Translations under genes and position numbers: made by a program
Notes under the pieces: generated by a model
Seen by the model: the letters and a program-made list of their open reading frames with translations, nothing else
What the model was told of the DNA's origin: nothing
Databases searched by the model: none
Shown: piece by piece, positions 48,060-60,589 of the stretch
Position numbering within the stretch: the first letter of the stretch is position 1
How the letters are laid out: the number at the start of each line of letters is the position of its first letter
Source: Raja brachyura
Lineage: Eukaryota
NCBI GenBank assembly: GCA_963514005.1
Contig: OY740827.1
Location: 2,418,001-2,482,000, forward strand
Reading direction: 5' to 3'
Length of the DNA: 64,000 bases

Positions 48060-48770
48060 GTTGGTGTAGTGAAATTCACTGGCCAGGTCAGTCACACAAT
48101 TTAAAAGCACCAGACTCAAAAAACACGTTTTAACATAAACATCCACCACAGTGACGCCTACACATTCCTCACTGTGATGGAGGGCGAAAATAAAGTTCAA
48201 GTCCTTCCCTCTGTTCATCCTTGGTCGGGGGCCTTGAGCCCCCCCGTTGACGGAACGGTCTTGACTCCTGGAGCCGGCGGCATTCGGGCCCTCCACGTCG
48301 AGGTGCTCAGCTCCTGCATCGGGAGGATGTCAGCTCCCCCACGCCGGTCGATCGAACCTCGCATCGGGGCTGGTTGAACCTTCTGCGGCGTTAGAGCTCC
48401 CGACTCGGCCTCTCCCGGGACTGCGAGCCCTTGATGGTAAGTGCGCAGTTTGCAGTGGGAGCGATCCTAGGCAAGGGATCCGCACCGATGTTAAGTCCTC
48501 AGACCACAGTCTGAGGCGGTACCAGGCTCTATCGATGGTAGGCCGCAGAGCCAGGAGAATGTGATCCGAAACTTGATCACATCTCCGGAAGGTAAGGAAA
48601 AAAAAGAAAAAAAGTTTCCCCCGATCCCCCCCCCACCCGCCCCGCCCCGCCCTCCCCCCCCACCACATAAAACAAACAGAAGAACATTAAAACAAACTTG
48701 AAATAGACGCTAAAAATAACAAAATGGATGAAAAAACAGACTGCCGGCAGGGCTGCCATCTTCCTCCTCC
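48060..48770 (-). mobile_element. SINE-like element related to 5480-6607
   Basis: Shares the CC(A/T)CACAGTGAGGA...TCACTGTGGTGGATGTT hairpin block and 5' organisation; inserted in Tx1 ORF1. Confidence 0.6.
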
Positions 48771-48929
48771 GGCACCCCCTAGACCTTCCCCGGAGTGTGG
48801 AGGTGGGGAAGGAGGGCCTCGTTGTGATGTTGGACAGGACCACCCACTGCCCGGGGGTCACCGAGGGCCCGACCTGCTGGAATGTTCCCCCCGTTGGCAT
48901 CCCTTTACTCACAACCGCGTTCACCCCCT

Positions 48930-49690
48930 CATCAATCAATCAATAGACTTTATTGTCATTCAAAAATACATCAACAAATTCAAGTCTGAACGAAATTTTG
49001 TTGCATCCAGCTCACCGTGCTACATAAAATAACAAAAGGATAAAATAGATAAAAAAGATAAAATAGATAATAGTGGCGGCACATTATATGGAATTCAAGA
49101 GTCTGATGGCTCGGGGGAAGAAGCTGTTGCAGAACCTGGCCGTTCTGCTCCTTATACTGCGATACCTTTTGCCCGACGGCAGCAGAGTGAACAGTCCATG
49201 ATGGAGATGTGTGGGGTATTTTATAATACTCTTGGCCTTGGACAAGCAGCGTTTGCACGCAATGTCCCGGATTGAAGGAAGGGAAGTCTCGATTATTATT
49301 TTCAGCCGTCCTCACCACTCTCTAGGGGTGGAAGATTGCAACCTTCACGTGGTCCGCCCTGTTTCGACTAATGCACATACAGAAGATCAAATAGAATAAG
49401 TTGTCCAACAACTTTAGGCTGTGCATGCCACACGAAAGAAGAAGATGACCACTCTCTGCACAGACTTCCAGTCGGAGGCTTTGCAGTTCCCAAACCATAC
49501 AGAGATGCAGCTGGTCAAAATGCTCTCTCTGGTGCCACTGCAGAAAGTGGTGAGGACGGGATGGGGGAGGTGAGCTCTTCTTATCCGGTGCACAAAGTGC
49601 AAACACTGCTGCGCTCTCTTAACTAGTGATGCAATGTTTTGTGACCAGGTCAGACTGTTCGTGATCTGCACCCCCAGGAACTTAATGCTA
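48930..49690 (-). mobile_element. Rex1/Babar LINE 3' fragment
   Basis: IKFLGVQITNSLTWS...KRAQQCLHF...ESILTSCISVWFG; (ATTG)n tail. Confidence 0.88.
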
Positions 49691-50161
49691 CTGACCAACT
49701 GGCTCGAAGGGCCAAATGACCTCCTCCTGCACATGGTGTCTATTGTGACGGTGTAGAATTCCTCCCACACCACACAAAACGTGACCAGCCCAGTAAGTAA
49801 CGACAAGGCAGTGGGAGGTGGTTGTTCCAGACACAGATGTAAAGTCCAGAAAACGTTGTCTTCCCCCTTTTTGGTGCACCACACTTTCCTGGCAGGCTGC
49901 CAGCCACCGTAGTGGGAGCTACGCAGTTTGGTGATAACATCGCTCACAGCCCAAAACACGCAGAAATTTCATAAAATAGATTCCTGCAGAGTTGCAGTGA
50001 TACATGAGATGTTTATAGATACCACTGTACCTCCTCCAATGCGCCAGATGTTTTAAACAACGAACGTGTGTGTTTCTGCGAGAGCTCCAACCCACGCACC
50101 TCCGAGCTGTGGGAGGGGCGGTGAGGAGGGAGTGTCGTGTTGTGTGCGGAGCGGTGAGGAG

Positions 50162-50530
50162 CAAGATAGACCACTCCTTCTAAATGCAATGGGCTGACGT
50201 GTAGTACGCAATGGAGCGAAATGTGGGTCTTTTTTTCATCCATTTCAGTAACCCGTCCCGACCCGACCCAACTCGCAGTGTAATCAACGTTGCGGGTGAA
50301 CTGTTTGTGTTAATAAATTATAATTCTGAAAATGAGCAGAAGACTTTTCCCAAATAACTTTTATCTTTACGAGAATGTTTCCATAACCGGCTTCCGTCTC
50401 CGCACTATTATCCTGTGGGAACTTTGGTGCGGAGACGGAAGCTGGTTACGGAAGTGGGACCAAACATTACCCATGACCGTACTACGTCTTTTTCCTCCAG
50501 TGATCTATCTTGCTCGCTATAGGATCTTTG
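50162..50530. mobile_element. Non-autonomous DNA transposon with 8-bp TSD (P- or hAT-like)
   Basis: TSD GTGAGGAG (50154-50161, 50531-50538); right TIR ...CTATCTTGCTCGCTATAGGATCTTTG; left TIR partly deleted. Confidence 0.75.
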
Positions 50531-50838
50531 GTGAGGAGGGAGTGACACACTGTGGGAGGGGCGGTGAGGAGGGAGTGACACACTGTGGGAGGGGTGGTGA
50601 GTAGGGAGTGACACACTGTGGGAGGGGTGGTGAGGAGGGAGTGACACACTGTGGGAGGGACAGTGAGGGAGTGTCGCACTGTGGGAGCGGCAGTGAGGAG
50701 GGAGTGACACGCTGTGGGAGGGGTGGTGAGGAGGGAGTAATGCACTGCGGGAGGGGTGGTGAGGAGGGAATGACACACTGTGGGAGGGGTGGTGAGGAGG
50801 GAGTGACGCACTGTGGGAGGGGCGGTGAGGAGGGAGAG
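50531..50838. repeat. 33-bp minisatellite (array extends about 50107-51435, interrupted by two MITEs)
   Basis: Unit GTGAGGAGGGAGTGACACACTGTGGGAGGGG(C/T)G with period 33. Confidence 0.92.
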
Positions 50839-50841
50839 TCA

Positions 50842-51375
50842 AGGGCCCGTCCCACCAGCATGCGATTGCATGCGTCTAGCATGACCAAACGTGGTTGCCT
50901 GGGACGTACGGCCTCGTGGGGCCAGTCCCACTTCGATCACCGGAGGCGAATGGAGTTGTGCGGGGCAGGTCCCAAAATCCCATGCGACAACAGCCTGTTG
51001 GTGCGCCGGCGCATTGAGGGCGTACACAGCGTCTCGACAGGTGTACGCAGCGTCTCAACATCGTACGCAGAGTCTTGACAGCGTGCACCTAGCTCATGGT
51101 GTTGCACGATTACATCAAAACCCGGCGTGCCGTTGCGTGATGACGTCACCGCCCAGTGTGCCGTTGCATGATGACGTCACCGCCTGATGCCATGCGACGT
51201 CCAAATTCAGTCGGCCCGCCTCCTGCCCAGCTGATTGGTGAGTATGATGTCGGGCCCAGCCCCGCACAACTCCATACGCCTCCGCGGTTCGAATTGGGAC
51301 CGGCCCCGCGAGGCCGTACGCCTCAAGCAACCACGTGCTAGACGCATGCAATCGCATGCTGGTGGGACAGGCCCT
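50842..51375. mobile_element. PIF/Harbinger MITE
   Basis: TIRs AGGGCC(C/T)GTCCCACCAGCATGCGATTGCATGCGTCTAGC; flanks TCA and TTA. Confidence 0.88.
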
Positions 51376-51572
51376 TTACTGTGGGAAGGGCGGTGAGGGA
51401 GTGATGCACTGTGGGAAGGGCGGTGAGGAGGGAGGCTCTACCCCTACACTACCACGCCGCTCTTCTACGTTCTGTACACACCAGGTCCACAGCGCAGGAT
51501 AAAAGGTGGGGAAAGTGAGTCCAGTGAACTGACAGGGTTTTCACTGCTAAAGATTGTTCCTTCTCTCCTCAG

Positions 51573-51941
51573 CCGTGGTGTTGGGACAGTGGAGTGCGGT
51601 CACTCCACGAGATGTGACAGCACAGAATGGTTTGTGTGCACGGATTCCGTGTCACTACAGGTACCCGTCGAACCTGAACAATAAACCACGGTTTGGAATC
51701 TGGTTTAACAGTGAGACGCCGGACTTTACATCTGTAGCCTTCTTCTCCGAGAGTCACATCACGGTATCAACAAAGTTTCTGCATCGGACCCGGCTGTCAG
51801 GAGTCCTGACAAACGACGACTGCTCCCTGGTTATAGACAACGTCACGAGTCAAGATGCTGGTCCTTATTTTTTCAGGGTTGATTTCTTCGATGGCCAAAA
51901 TCATTACAACTACTACCCTGTAACACAGCTCAATGTTACTG
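51573..51941 (+). CDS. Siglec-like gene: V-set Ig exon
   Basis: Acceptor TTCCTTCTCTCCTCAG, donor TG|GTAAGT, 369 nt, phase 1/1. VTAQNGLCARIPC, E-strand DDCSLVI and F-strand GPYFFRVD (essential Arg, no F-strand Cys) form the Siglec signature. Confidence 0.93.
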
Positions 51942-52199
51942 GTAAGTGCTCCGTATAATTTATTCCCTGTTTCTTCCCAGCTGTTATCAGGCAACTGAAC
52001 CATCCTACCACAACCAGAGAGCAGTGCTGAACTACTATCTACCTCATTGGTGACCCTCGGACTAGTCTTGATCAGACTGTACAGCTCCTGTCCGTTCTGT
52101 CGTGGGGTAGACTGACTCCCCCCTCCCCCCCACCCCATCTTTGCACATCCCATATCATGGAGTTTTGCATTTTACAAATTTCCACTTGAGATTTTAATT

Positions 52200-52680
52200 T
52201 CAGGGTTGTGCAATATTACGTGTGCTGTGTGATACCCAGACGTGGCGTCGAAGGACGAGAAGCCCAAGCAAAGAAGTCCAAGTCAAATAGCCGAATGGAA
52301 TCAAAGCCGAAACACCAACGAACCGAAAGCATACAAAACCGAAACGCCAACGAACCAAAAGGCTGCGTCACCTACAAGCCACTAACCGAATGCCGCTCTG
52401 CCGAAAAGTCAAATTATGGACATGACATTGCCGGGGGGCGGGACTGGTCAGCAATTGTTCCATCACATCACTGGCCGGTGAAGACGGGAGAGTGGGGGTC
52501 ATTTTTCCACACAAGCCATTATTTGACTTTTCAACAGAGCGGCATTCGGTTAGTTGGCTAGTAGGCAACGCAGCCTTTCGGTTAGATGGCGTTTTGACAG
52601 AGCGGCATTCAGTTAGTTGGCTTGTAGGCAACGCAGCCTTTCGGTTTGGTGGCGTTTCGGCAGAGCAGCCATTCGGTGAG
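52200..52680. mobile_element. Foldback/MITE-like element with internal repeats
   Basis: Inverted arms at about 52330-52420 and 52515-52600 (AAGGCTGCGT..CCTAC.AGCCA.CTAACCGAATGCCGCTCTG); the right arm is duplicated. Confidence 0.6.
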
Positions 52681-53404
52681 TTTGGGCTGTGAGCTGCCCA
52701 AGCGAAATATGAGATGCTGTTCCTCCAACTTGCGTTCAGCTTGGAGGAGGCCTAGGACATACAGTAGCACGCAACAAAAGCTTTTATCTGTGCCTTGGTA
52801 CACGTGACAAACACCTAAACTGAAATAGATGTTCAGCAGTGAGTTGGGAGAGACATGGACTGTACACGTCCACTGTTCACATGGATCAGGATCCACAGCA
52901 TCAGGATCCTTCTGGTTCATTTCTGATCATTGTGACTCCTCCAGTTATTACCACCTCAGTCCTCGGTACACATAACAATAAAGTAAACTAAACAATGGCT
53001 GTCTTATCCTTAAGGACCTGTCCCACTTGGGCAACCTCTACAGCGAGTTCTGGCGTGTTTTCCCGCGACCCATACTTGCAGCCTGGTCACCACGAGGTCG
53101 TAGGAGGTCCTCATCACTCTCCTTCATGCTCGAGAGTGGTCTCCGCGTATTCAACCCCTCAGCTAGGTCGCGCCGTTTTTTCCAACATGATAAAAAATGA
53201 AAGCGAGTAAAAATGGGTCGCCGTGGGAAAAATCAATACTCCTTCTCTCCCCCCCTCCGCGTCTGTGGCAGCCGTTCGCCTTCCTCTTCAATCATGCAGA
53301 CAGCGCTCCTCCACCTTCCCTGGCCCCCGCCTTCGCATTGTGTGTGTGTGTGTGTGTGCGCACACCCATCTGTCCCCATCTACCTGATCGAAGGCCATCT
53401 TAAC

Positions 53405-53845
53405 AGGAGTTTCTGTCCTGGGCCTCCACCACTGTCAGAGTGAGGCCCAGCACAAATTGGCGGAACAGCACCTCATATTTCACTTGGGCAGCTTCCACCC
53501 CAGCAGTGTGCATATTGACTTCCCTAACTTCAAGTAACCCTTGCTTTCCCCCTCTCTCCATCCCCTCCTCCTTCCCAGTTCTCCGACCAGTCTGACTGTC
53601 CTCGTTTATATTTTATTTCTTTTTGTTTTATTGTTACCTGCTCCGAGCTAACAATTATCTTTTCTCCGCCCCCTTTGTCTCATTTTTACACCTTACACCA
53701 TCTTTACCTCCTTCTCCCCTGACTTAGTCTGAAGAGTCACGATCTGAAACGTTACCAACTCTTTCTCTCAGAGATGCTGGCTGTTCCGCTGAGTTTTTGT
53801 GTCTATCTTTGGTTTAAACCAGCATCTGCTGTTCCTTTCTACACA
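53405..53845 (+). mobile_element. Penelope-like 3' fragment
   Basis: SVLGLHHCQSEAQHKLAEQHLIFHLGSFHPSSVHIDF plus terminal repeat. Confidence 0.8.
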
Positions 53846-54482
53846 TAACATTACTGACCCCTGGCCTTTTCAACCTCTGCAGACCATTATACCTCTAGTA
53901 CATGGATCATCCTTGTAAATATATTTTTTCCTGTGGGTGTGGATTTTCTATATGAACTGATGCATGTGATGATAGTCTTTTTATTTCAGTTTATTATCAC
54001 GTTTGGTTTATTGTCACAGTGGAAAGCTTATGTTGTGTGCTAGCCAGTCAGCGGAAAGACAATACATGATTACAATCGAGCTGTTTACAGTGTACAGCTG
54101 CGTGATAATGGAACCATTAGTGCAAGGTAAAGCCAGCAAAGTCTGATCAAGGACAGTCCGAGGGCCACCAATGAGGTAGATAGTAGTTCGGGACCATTTT
54201 CTGGCTATGGTAGGATGGTTCATTTGCCTGATAACAGCTGGGAAGAAACTGTCCCTGAATTTTAAGGTGCGTGTTTTCACACTTCTGTACCTTTTGCCCG
54301 GTGGGAGAGGGGAGAAGAGGGAGTGACCGGGGGTGAGACTGGTCCTTGATAATCTGGAGGTGTGTGTTTTCACACTTCTATACCTTGTAAACACATCCTT
54401 CCTTGTGTGGGACTGGGATTACGATGTGAACCGATGTATCCAGTGATATTTAACTAACAGTATCTGTTTCTGTGTGCGTTAG

Positions 54483-54776
54483 ATTTCACAGATAACCCCA
54501 CGATATTCCCTGCTGAAATGGTGGCAGGTCAGCCTGAGAACGTGACCTGCATCTTCAACACCACGTGTGATGGAACGGCACCCACCTTAACCTGGGTCAC
54601 CCCCACTGATGAACCAACGTCAGCCTCACACAGCGTAACTCAGCAGGGAGACACTCTGACATACACTTCTGTTCTGTCCCTGACCCCAGCGCTCAAACAT
54701 CATGGGCAAAACCTCACCTGTAGAGTCACATACCCAACTGTCTCATCGGAGCAGGTCCTCACAATGACTGTGCAAT
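54483..54776 (+). CDS. Siglec-like gene: second Ig (C2-set) exon
   Basis: Acceptor ...GTGCGTTAG, donor AT|GTAAGT, 294 nt, phase 1/1. VTCIFNTTC carries the extra Cys for the interdomain disulfide; HHGQNLTCRV. Confidence 0.93.
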
Positions 54777-56404
54777 GTAAGTACGGAATTTTTTTATTGT
54801 GCAGGAACAGCAATAATCTATTAGCAGTGCTAGTACATAAGGCCTTCTTCTTGCATATGGCGTGCACAGTATAAAGTTGTAGGACAATTTGATCTTATTT
54901 GATCTTATTTGACAATCTTATTTACAAAACATGGGGGGGGATTGTCCCCCAACTCTCAAAACATGGGAGGGGTGTGCCCCCCCCCCCCCCCATCCCCTCC
55001 TGGATTTCTACACATGATAGTGCTATAATGTGTTTCCTCTGTATGTACTTGACAATGAAGAATTCGCATTTAAATCTATTGACTCCACGTTATTGACTGC
55101 TTTACATGGTGTCAGAGTTAAAGGACCAACTCATCCAGTCGTACCGTGTCATTTCTACATTTTCACCGTTTTCCCATGGCTGACTCTCTAGTAATCCATT
55201 AGTGTTTGATGCTGTTATCGAGGAATGTTGGCGTATATTTGAGGAGGAATACGATGTCTACATGGATGCTGCTCATTCAGAGAAGACTCCTCGGGTACAG
55301 GCATCAACACTACTCAACTTGGCTGTCTTGATTCCATTTGACGGGAGAAACTGTTTGCCTCTGCTGATGCTGTGTTGGATGTAGCTGGTGCTGCCATTAC
55401 ACCTGTGGAAACGATTCACCGCCCTATATGCCTAAAGAACTAGTTTTGGCAGCTCTGCGAACCACAGACCAATCTAATTATGGAGTGCAACACGTTTTTT
55501 GCATGTAGCCAAAAACCAGGTGAATCAATCGAGGCATACATCAACTCGCTGAAACACATTGCCAGCAGTTGTCACTTTGGAGATCTCTGTGAAGAGCTTA
55601 TCAGGGACAGGCTCATGTATGGTATTCTTAACGTTTTATTACAAAGGGATCTGTTATGCGACTTAGATCTGACTCTAATCAAAGCTGAGCAGACCTGTCG
55701 TAAAGCACTGAGCTCTGCATCCCAGTCTACTTTCAATGTAGATGCTGCCGGGACATATTTTAAAACACTCCGACAACCATTGGGCATGCCAGGCAGGTCT
55801 GGGGACGGTTTATTTATGAATGTACTAATTGTGGTGGCTCTCACATTGCCTAAAGAGGAAAGTGCCCAGCTTTCGGCAAGAATTGCCACATTTGCTATCA
55901 CAGATATCATTCCTGGAGATGCTGCCCGCTCTAACAAATTCCCGACCAAACAAGCAGTGAATCAGCTAGCACCCATTCAGGATTCCATGCAACATATTCT
56001 CATGAGCTATAACAATCTTTTCAATAATGAACTGGGCAAGCTGCCACTCGAATACAAAATTATCATTGATCCAGATGTGAGATCGGTTGTCACCCATGCT
56101 CACCATATCCCAATCGCTATGCGTGACCGTGTTCAGGCGGATCTGAACAGGATGGAGGCTCTAGAGGTTATCATTCTCGTCACAGACCCCTCTGACTGGG
56201 TATCTTCTACGGTGGCAGCCACCAAGAAAAACAAACAAGAAATTTGTATAGGCATCAACCTGAGAGATTTAACTACCGCTATCAAGCGACCTCACCATCC
56301 CATGTGCACCAGAGGAAGTGGCTGCACACATGGGTAAGGAAGGCAATGTGTGAATGCTGGATGTCAAAAGCTCATTCTAGCAAAATCCCCTGGATTACAA
56401 AAGG

Positions 56405-56817
56405 TCTAGAATTTAGAAGATTGAGGGGGGATCTTATAGAGACTTACAAAATTCTTAAGGGGTTGGACAGGCTAGATGCAGGAAGATTGTTCCCGATGTT
56501 GGGGAAGTCCAGAACAAGGGGTCACAGTTTAAGGATAAGAGGGAAGTATTTTAAGGACCAAGATGAGAAAATCATTTTTCACACAGAGTGGTGAATGTGT
56601 GGAATTCTCTGCCACAGAAGGTAGTTGAGGCCAGTTCATTGGCTATATTTGAGAGGGAGTTAGATGTGGCCCTTGTGGCTAAAGGGATCAGGGGGTATGG
56701 AGAGAAGGCAGGTACAGGATACTGAGTTGGATGATCAGCCATGATCATATTGAATGGCGGTGCAGGCTCAAAGGGCCGAATGGCCTACTCCTGCACCTAT
56801 TTTCTATGTTTCTATGT
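56405..56817 (+). mobile_element. CR1 3' fragment inserted in the Gypsy RT
   Basis: LEFRRLRGDLIETYKILKGLDRLD. Confidence 0.9.
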
Positions 56818-58376
56818 CTTTGTTGACCACTGTTAGCACACCCGTTGGACACTACCGATTTTTACGTATGTGGTTTGGTATTAACTCCGCTAGCGAGGTG
56901 TTCCAGTGCACTATGGAACAATTTTTGCCAGGTACCCATGTGCCATTATTGTTGATGACTTAATTGTGACGGGGAAAGATATGCAGAAAAACGGACGAGC
57001 GGCACCCTGCTGAAGAAGATGGTTTTGTCGTCATGCCTAGATGTGACACTTCAACACTACTTGCTTCTATCATTCAACAAGGCTGGCCCGAAAAGCAACA
57101 CAAGCTCCCGCTCCCGATGTGGCTATATTTCCCAGCTTGTGACGAGTTAGTGATCCAGGACGGGATAATTGTAAAGGGGCACAAGGCGGTGATCCCAGTT
57201 TCGCTACTGAAAGAGTGTATTGACACTGTGCATAGGGGGGCATTCCGGTGTGGAGGCGATGATCCAAAGAGCAAAACGCATGTTCTTCTGGCCAGCCATG
57301 ACTGAGTATGTGGGCCAGAAAGTACTATCGTGTGCAGTTTGTAACACCCTGTCACCACACCAGCCCAAGGAACCGCTCTTGTCACCTCCGATCCTTGACC
57401 TGCCATGGGCCACAGTCGCCACTGACATTATCGACTGGCATGGTAAGCAATACCTTGTTTTAGTTTACTTGTATTCTGGATGGTTCGAAACAGATTAGCT
57501 TCGCAACTCTTCCTCAGTACAAAAGTTGACACGGCACTTCTCAGTCCATGGGGTTCCCTTCACCCCCATATCGGAAAAAGCCGGACAATTTACCAGCCAA
57601 TGCTTCAAAGACTTTGCCAGGTGCTGGGATTTTCAACATATCACCAGCAGCCATGAATACCCGCAATCCTATGGGTTGGTGATATGAGCAGTCCGCAATG
57701 CCAAACAAGTTATGAAAAGATACAACCGGGCTGGCTCCAATGTATTTCTAGATCTACTTAATCTGCAAAGATTCCCGGACCCTGTGCAGGGCTCGCCTGC
57801 ACAATGGTTGATGCAACGAATGACCCTTTCCGTAGCCAAATAACTGCTACGACCTCAGGTGTGCCAGCCACTAGCTGTGCAAACTAGATTGCAGCACCAG
57901 TGCAACGTTCAGAACGTTTAGTATGACAAGACCAGCAGCCCCCTTCGGCCACTTTCAGATGGCCAAGAATCCGTTTGCAGGCAGCGAAAGGCTACAACCG
58001 GCTGGCACTAGGGATTCCTGCACTGAACCGCGATCTTACCAGGCGTAACAGAAGACACATCCTGCCAGTAAATGAGCCTGTGCCATCTCAACAGTACTGA
58101 CACCATTTTACAGACATACAAGACGTCGTCCTAAGGTCCAATGAGGATACTACTAATCCAGAATGGATCTCAACACAAGTCAATAACCTGCCAAGGCCAA
58201 TGGCAAGGTCAACAGTGAAGCCTGCGGTGTTGTCACAGCAAGGTCTCTGACTGAAATGACCATCATAACGCCTCTGCCAATTGTACCCTCACCTTTCATG
58301 AAGTCACCTGAAAAGGGGCCAGAAGGTCTATGCGGCTCACGTGCAGGATGGGTTTGCAAACCAAACCCCAAATACA

Positions 58377-58468
58377 TCTGAAGAAGGGTTTCGGCCCGAA
58401 ACGTTGCCTATCTCCTTCGCTCCTTAGATGCTGCTGCACCCGCTGAGTTACTCCAGCCTTTTGTGTAC
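58377..58468 (+). mobile_element. Short Penelope terminal-repeat insertion beginning with a minimal hammerhead-like motif
   Basis: CTGAAGA-A-GGG(TTTCGG)CCC-GAAACGTT; 11-bp TSD CCCCAAATACA (58366-58376, 58469-58479). Confidence 0.7.
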
Positions 58469-58830
58469 CCCCAAATACAAAGACTGGGTTTAAACATTTA
58501 CCATGGACTTTAAACTGATTCATGATTTGGCATTGCTTCTTTATTCATTTCATTGCATGCATCCTCCTCTGCTTGAAAAGTAGTTATTAGTGCTTATATC
58601 CATATAATTGTAGTGTCATAGTTCATCACATATACTTATTAACCATGGTTCAAACATAAGAAGGAGTTTGTAGATCAATCACGTAAGCTGATCTGATCAG
58701 CTCAGTATTAGACATCCGGACTATAATCCAGTCCGGGTTTTCTATATGACATTAGCTGTCACACGCTTTTTATATTGGCAACTCAGCCATCAGTTTGTTT
58801 AGATTTAATATGGTATGCGAAGACGATAGG

Positions 58831-59575
58831 CATCAAGATGGGAAAAGGGGAAGTACAACGGGATCTGGGGTCCTTGTACATCAGTCTATGAACGTAAGCA
58901 TGCAGGTACGCAGGCAGTGAAGAAAGCCAATGGCATGTTGGCCTTTATAACAAGAGGAATCGAATATAGGAGCAAAGAGGTCCTTCTGCAGTTGCACAGA
59001 GCCCTAGTGAGACCACACCTGGAGTATTGTGTGCAGTTTTGGTCCCCTAATTTGAATAAGGACATTCTTGCTATTGAGGGAGTGCATCGTAGGTTTACAA
59101 TGTTAATTCCCGGGATGGCGGGACTGTCATATGCTGAGAGAATGGAGCAGCTGGGCTTGTACACTCTGGAGTTTAGAAGGATGAGAGGGGATCTCATTGA
59201 AACATATAAGATTGTTACGGGCTTGGACACACTAGAGGCAGGAAATGTGTTCCCGATATAGGGGGAGTCCAGAACCAGGGGCCACAGTTTAAGAATAAGG
59301 AGTAAGCCATTTAGAATGGAGATGAGGAAACACTTTTTCTCACAGAGAGTGGTGAATCTGTGGAATTCTCTGCCTCAGAGGGCGGTGGAGGCCGGTTCTC
59401 TGGATGCTTTCAAGAGAGAGCTAGATAGGGCTTTTTCCAAGTAGCGGAGTCAGGGGATATGGGGAGAAGGCAGGAACGGGTTACTGATTGGGGATGATCA
59501 GCCATGATCACATAGAATGGCGGTGCTGGCTTGAAGGGCCAAATGGCCTCCTCCTGCACCTGTTGTCCATTGTCT
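58831..59575 (+). mobile_element. CR1 3' fragment inserted in the Gypsy 3' LTR
   Basis: ORF 58917-59261 with CR1 RT C-terminal motifs. Confidence 0.9.
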
Positions 59576-60168
59576 ATAATGTGTTTCTTCTGTATGTACT
59601 TGACAATAAGGAACACGCATTTAAATCTATCGACTCCACGTAATTGACTGCTTTACACTCTCCCCATTAACCACTCCTCCTCCAACCCCCTCCTCCATAC
59701 TCCCTCATTTCTTGCTCCCCTCGCCCTCTTTCCCTCAAATGTGTGAACCCATGCATGAAGACACAGAGATCAAAGGCACACACACATGGGCCCTGGCCAT
59801 GCCTGCCTCTTTGTAGCGTACATCGAACAATCACAGTTCCAGCCACACACTGGCCCTATCCCAAAATTCTACCTCCGCTACACCGACAGTCCTACTGTCT
59901 CCGACTATATTATATCTCTGCCACATCCCCTCCCGTGACATCAGTGTGAAGAAGGGTCTCGACCTGAAACGTCACCCATTCCTTCTCTCCAGAGATACTT
60001 CTTGTCCCACTGAGTTACTCCAGCATTTTGTGTCTATCATGAATGTTGACATCTTGTCTTAATGGGAACAAGGTATGGAAATGATTGCAGACTTCACCCA
60101 TGTGGTTGGCACATGGATTCCTGCAGTGCACTGAATGTACTCACATTTAAATCTTCATTTGTCTTTAG

Positions 60169-60450
60169 ATGCACCACGGAATCTCTCAATCACTTCTCCC
60201 GACAACGTGAACAGTTCCCGGGTCATTGTAAAGGAAGGAAACTCTGCAGAGATCCTCTGCTCCGTCCAGAGTTTCCCAGCGTCGAATCTGACTTGGAGAC
60301 ATCTCGGTGTCACGCTGAACCCAACACATTCCAGCAACGAGCTATGGTTGAAAATCCTTCAGGTGACTCAGAAGGACGCTGGGGTCTATCATTGTGTGGC
60401 GGAGAATGAACACGGGACAGGGGAGGGGACTGTGACCCTCATCGTAGAAT
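60169..60450 (+). CDS. Siglec-like gene: third Ig exon
   Basis: Acceptor TTTGTCTTTAG, donor AT|GTGAGT, 282 nt, phase 1/1. YAPRNLSI...VKEGNSAEILCSVQSFPASNLTW...DAGVYHCVAENEHG. Confidence 0.93.
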
Positions 60451-60589
60451 GTGAGTAGACACACGGTCACGTCTCTCTGAACATACTGTAAATGTGAAGT
60501 CAGTGGAACATATCGTGTATTGCCGGGACACTGTTGTATATCTACCTCTCTCCCACACTCTCTCTCCTCTTGTAAGATGAAAATTGGAT

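Larger units (their letters stand above)
37085..48930 (-). mobile_element. Tx1-clade LINE (internally deleted), host of DIRS C and D
   Basis: ORF1 remnants WVVLSNI and CHACKEVEH knuckle (47850-48930). The ORF2 zinc finger ATCYFCGLEESVFHVHMEC is restored when DIRS C is removed. Confidence 0.8.
55022..59657 (+). mobile_element. Gypsy LTR retrotransposon (degenerate) in a Siglec intron
   Basis: 5' LTR remnant ends TTTACA at 55106, then PBS TGGTGTCAGAGT. Gag (QKPGESIEAY...LIRDRL), RT (IPIAMRD...SDWVS) and integrase (HSGVE...FWPAM..C..C). 3' LTR about 58667-59657 is split by a CR1. Confidence 0.88.

Noticed and set aside
49743-50100. Possible additional solo LTR (minus strand, ending TCACA)
   Set aside because: No matching opposite terminus or TSD could be identified by eye.
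50408-51078. Repetitive ORFs (THCGRGGEEGV)n
   Set aside because: Translations of the 33-bp minisatellite and the adjacent MITE.
51490-51572. AAA|GTGAGT at 51515 as the leader-exon donor
   Set aside because: No upstream ATG with a hydrophobic peptide; the exon at 36174-36247 fits far better.
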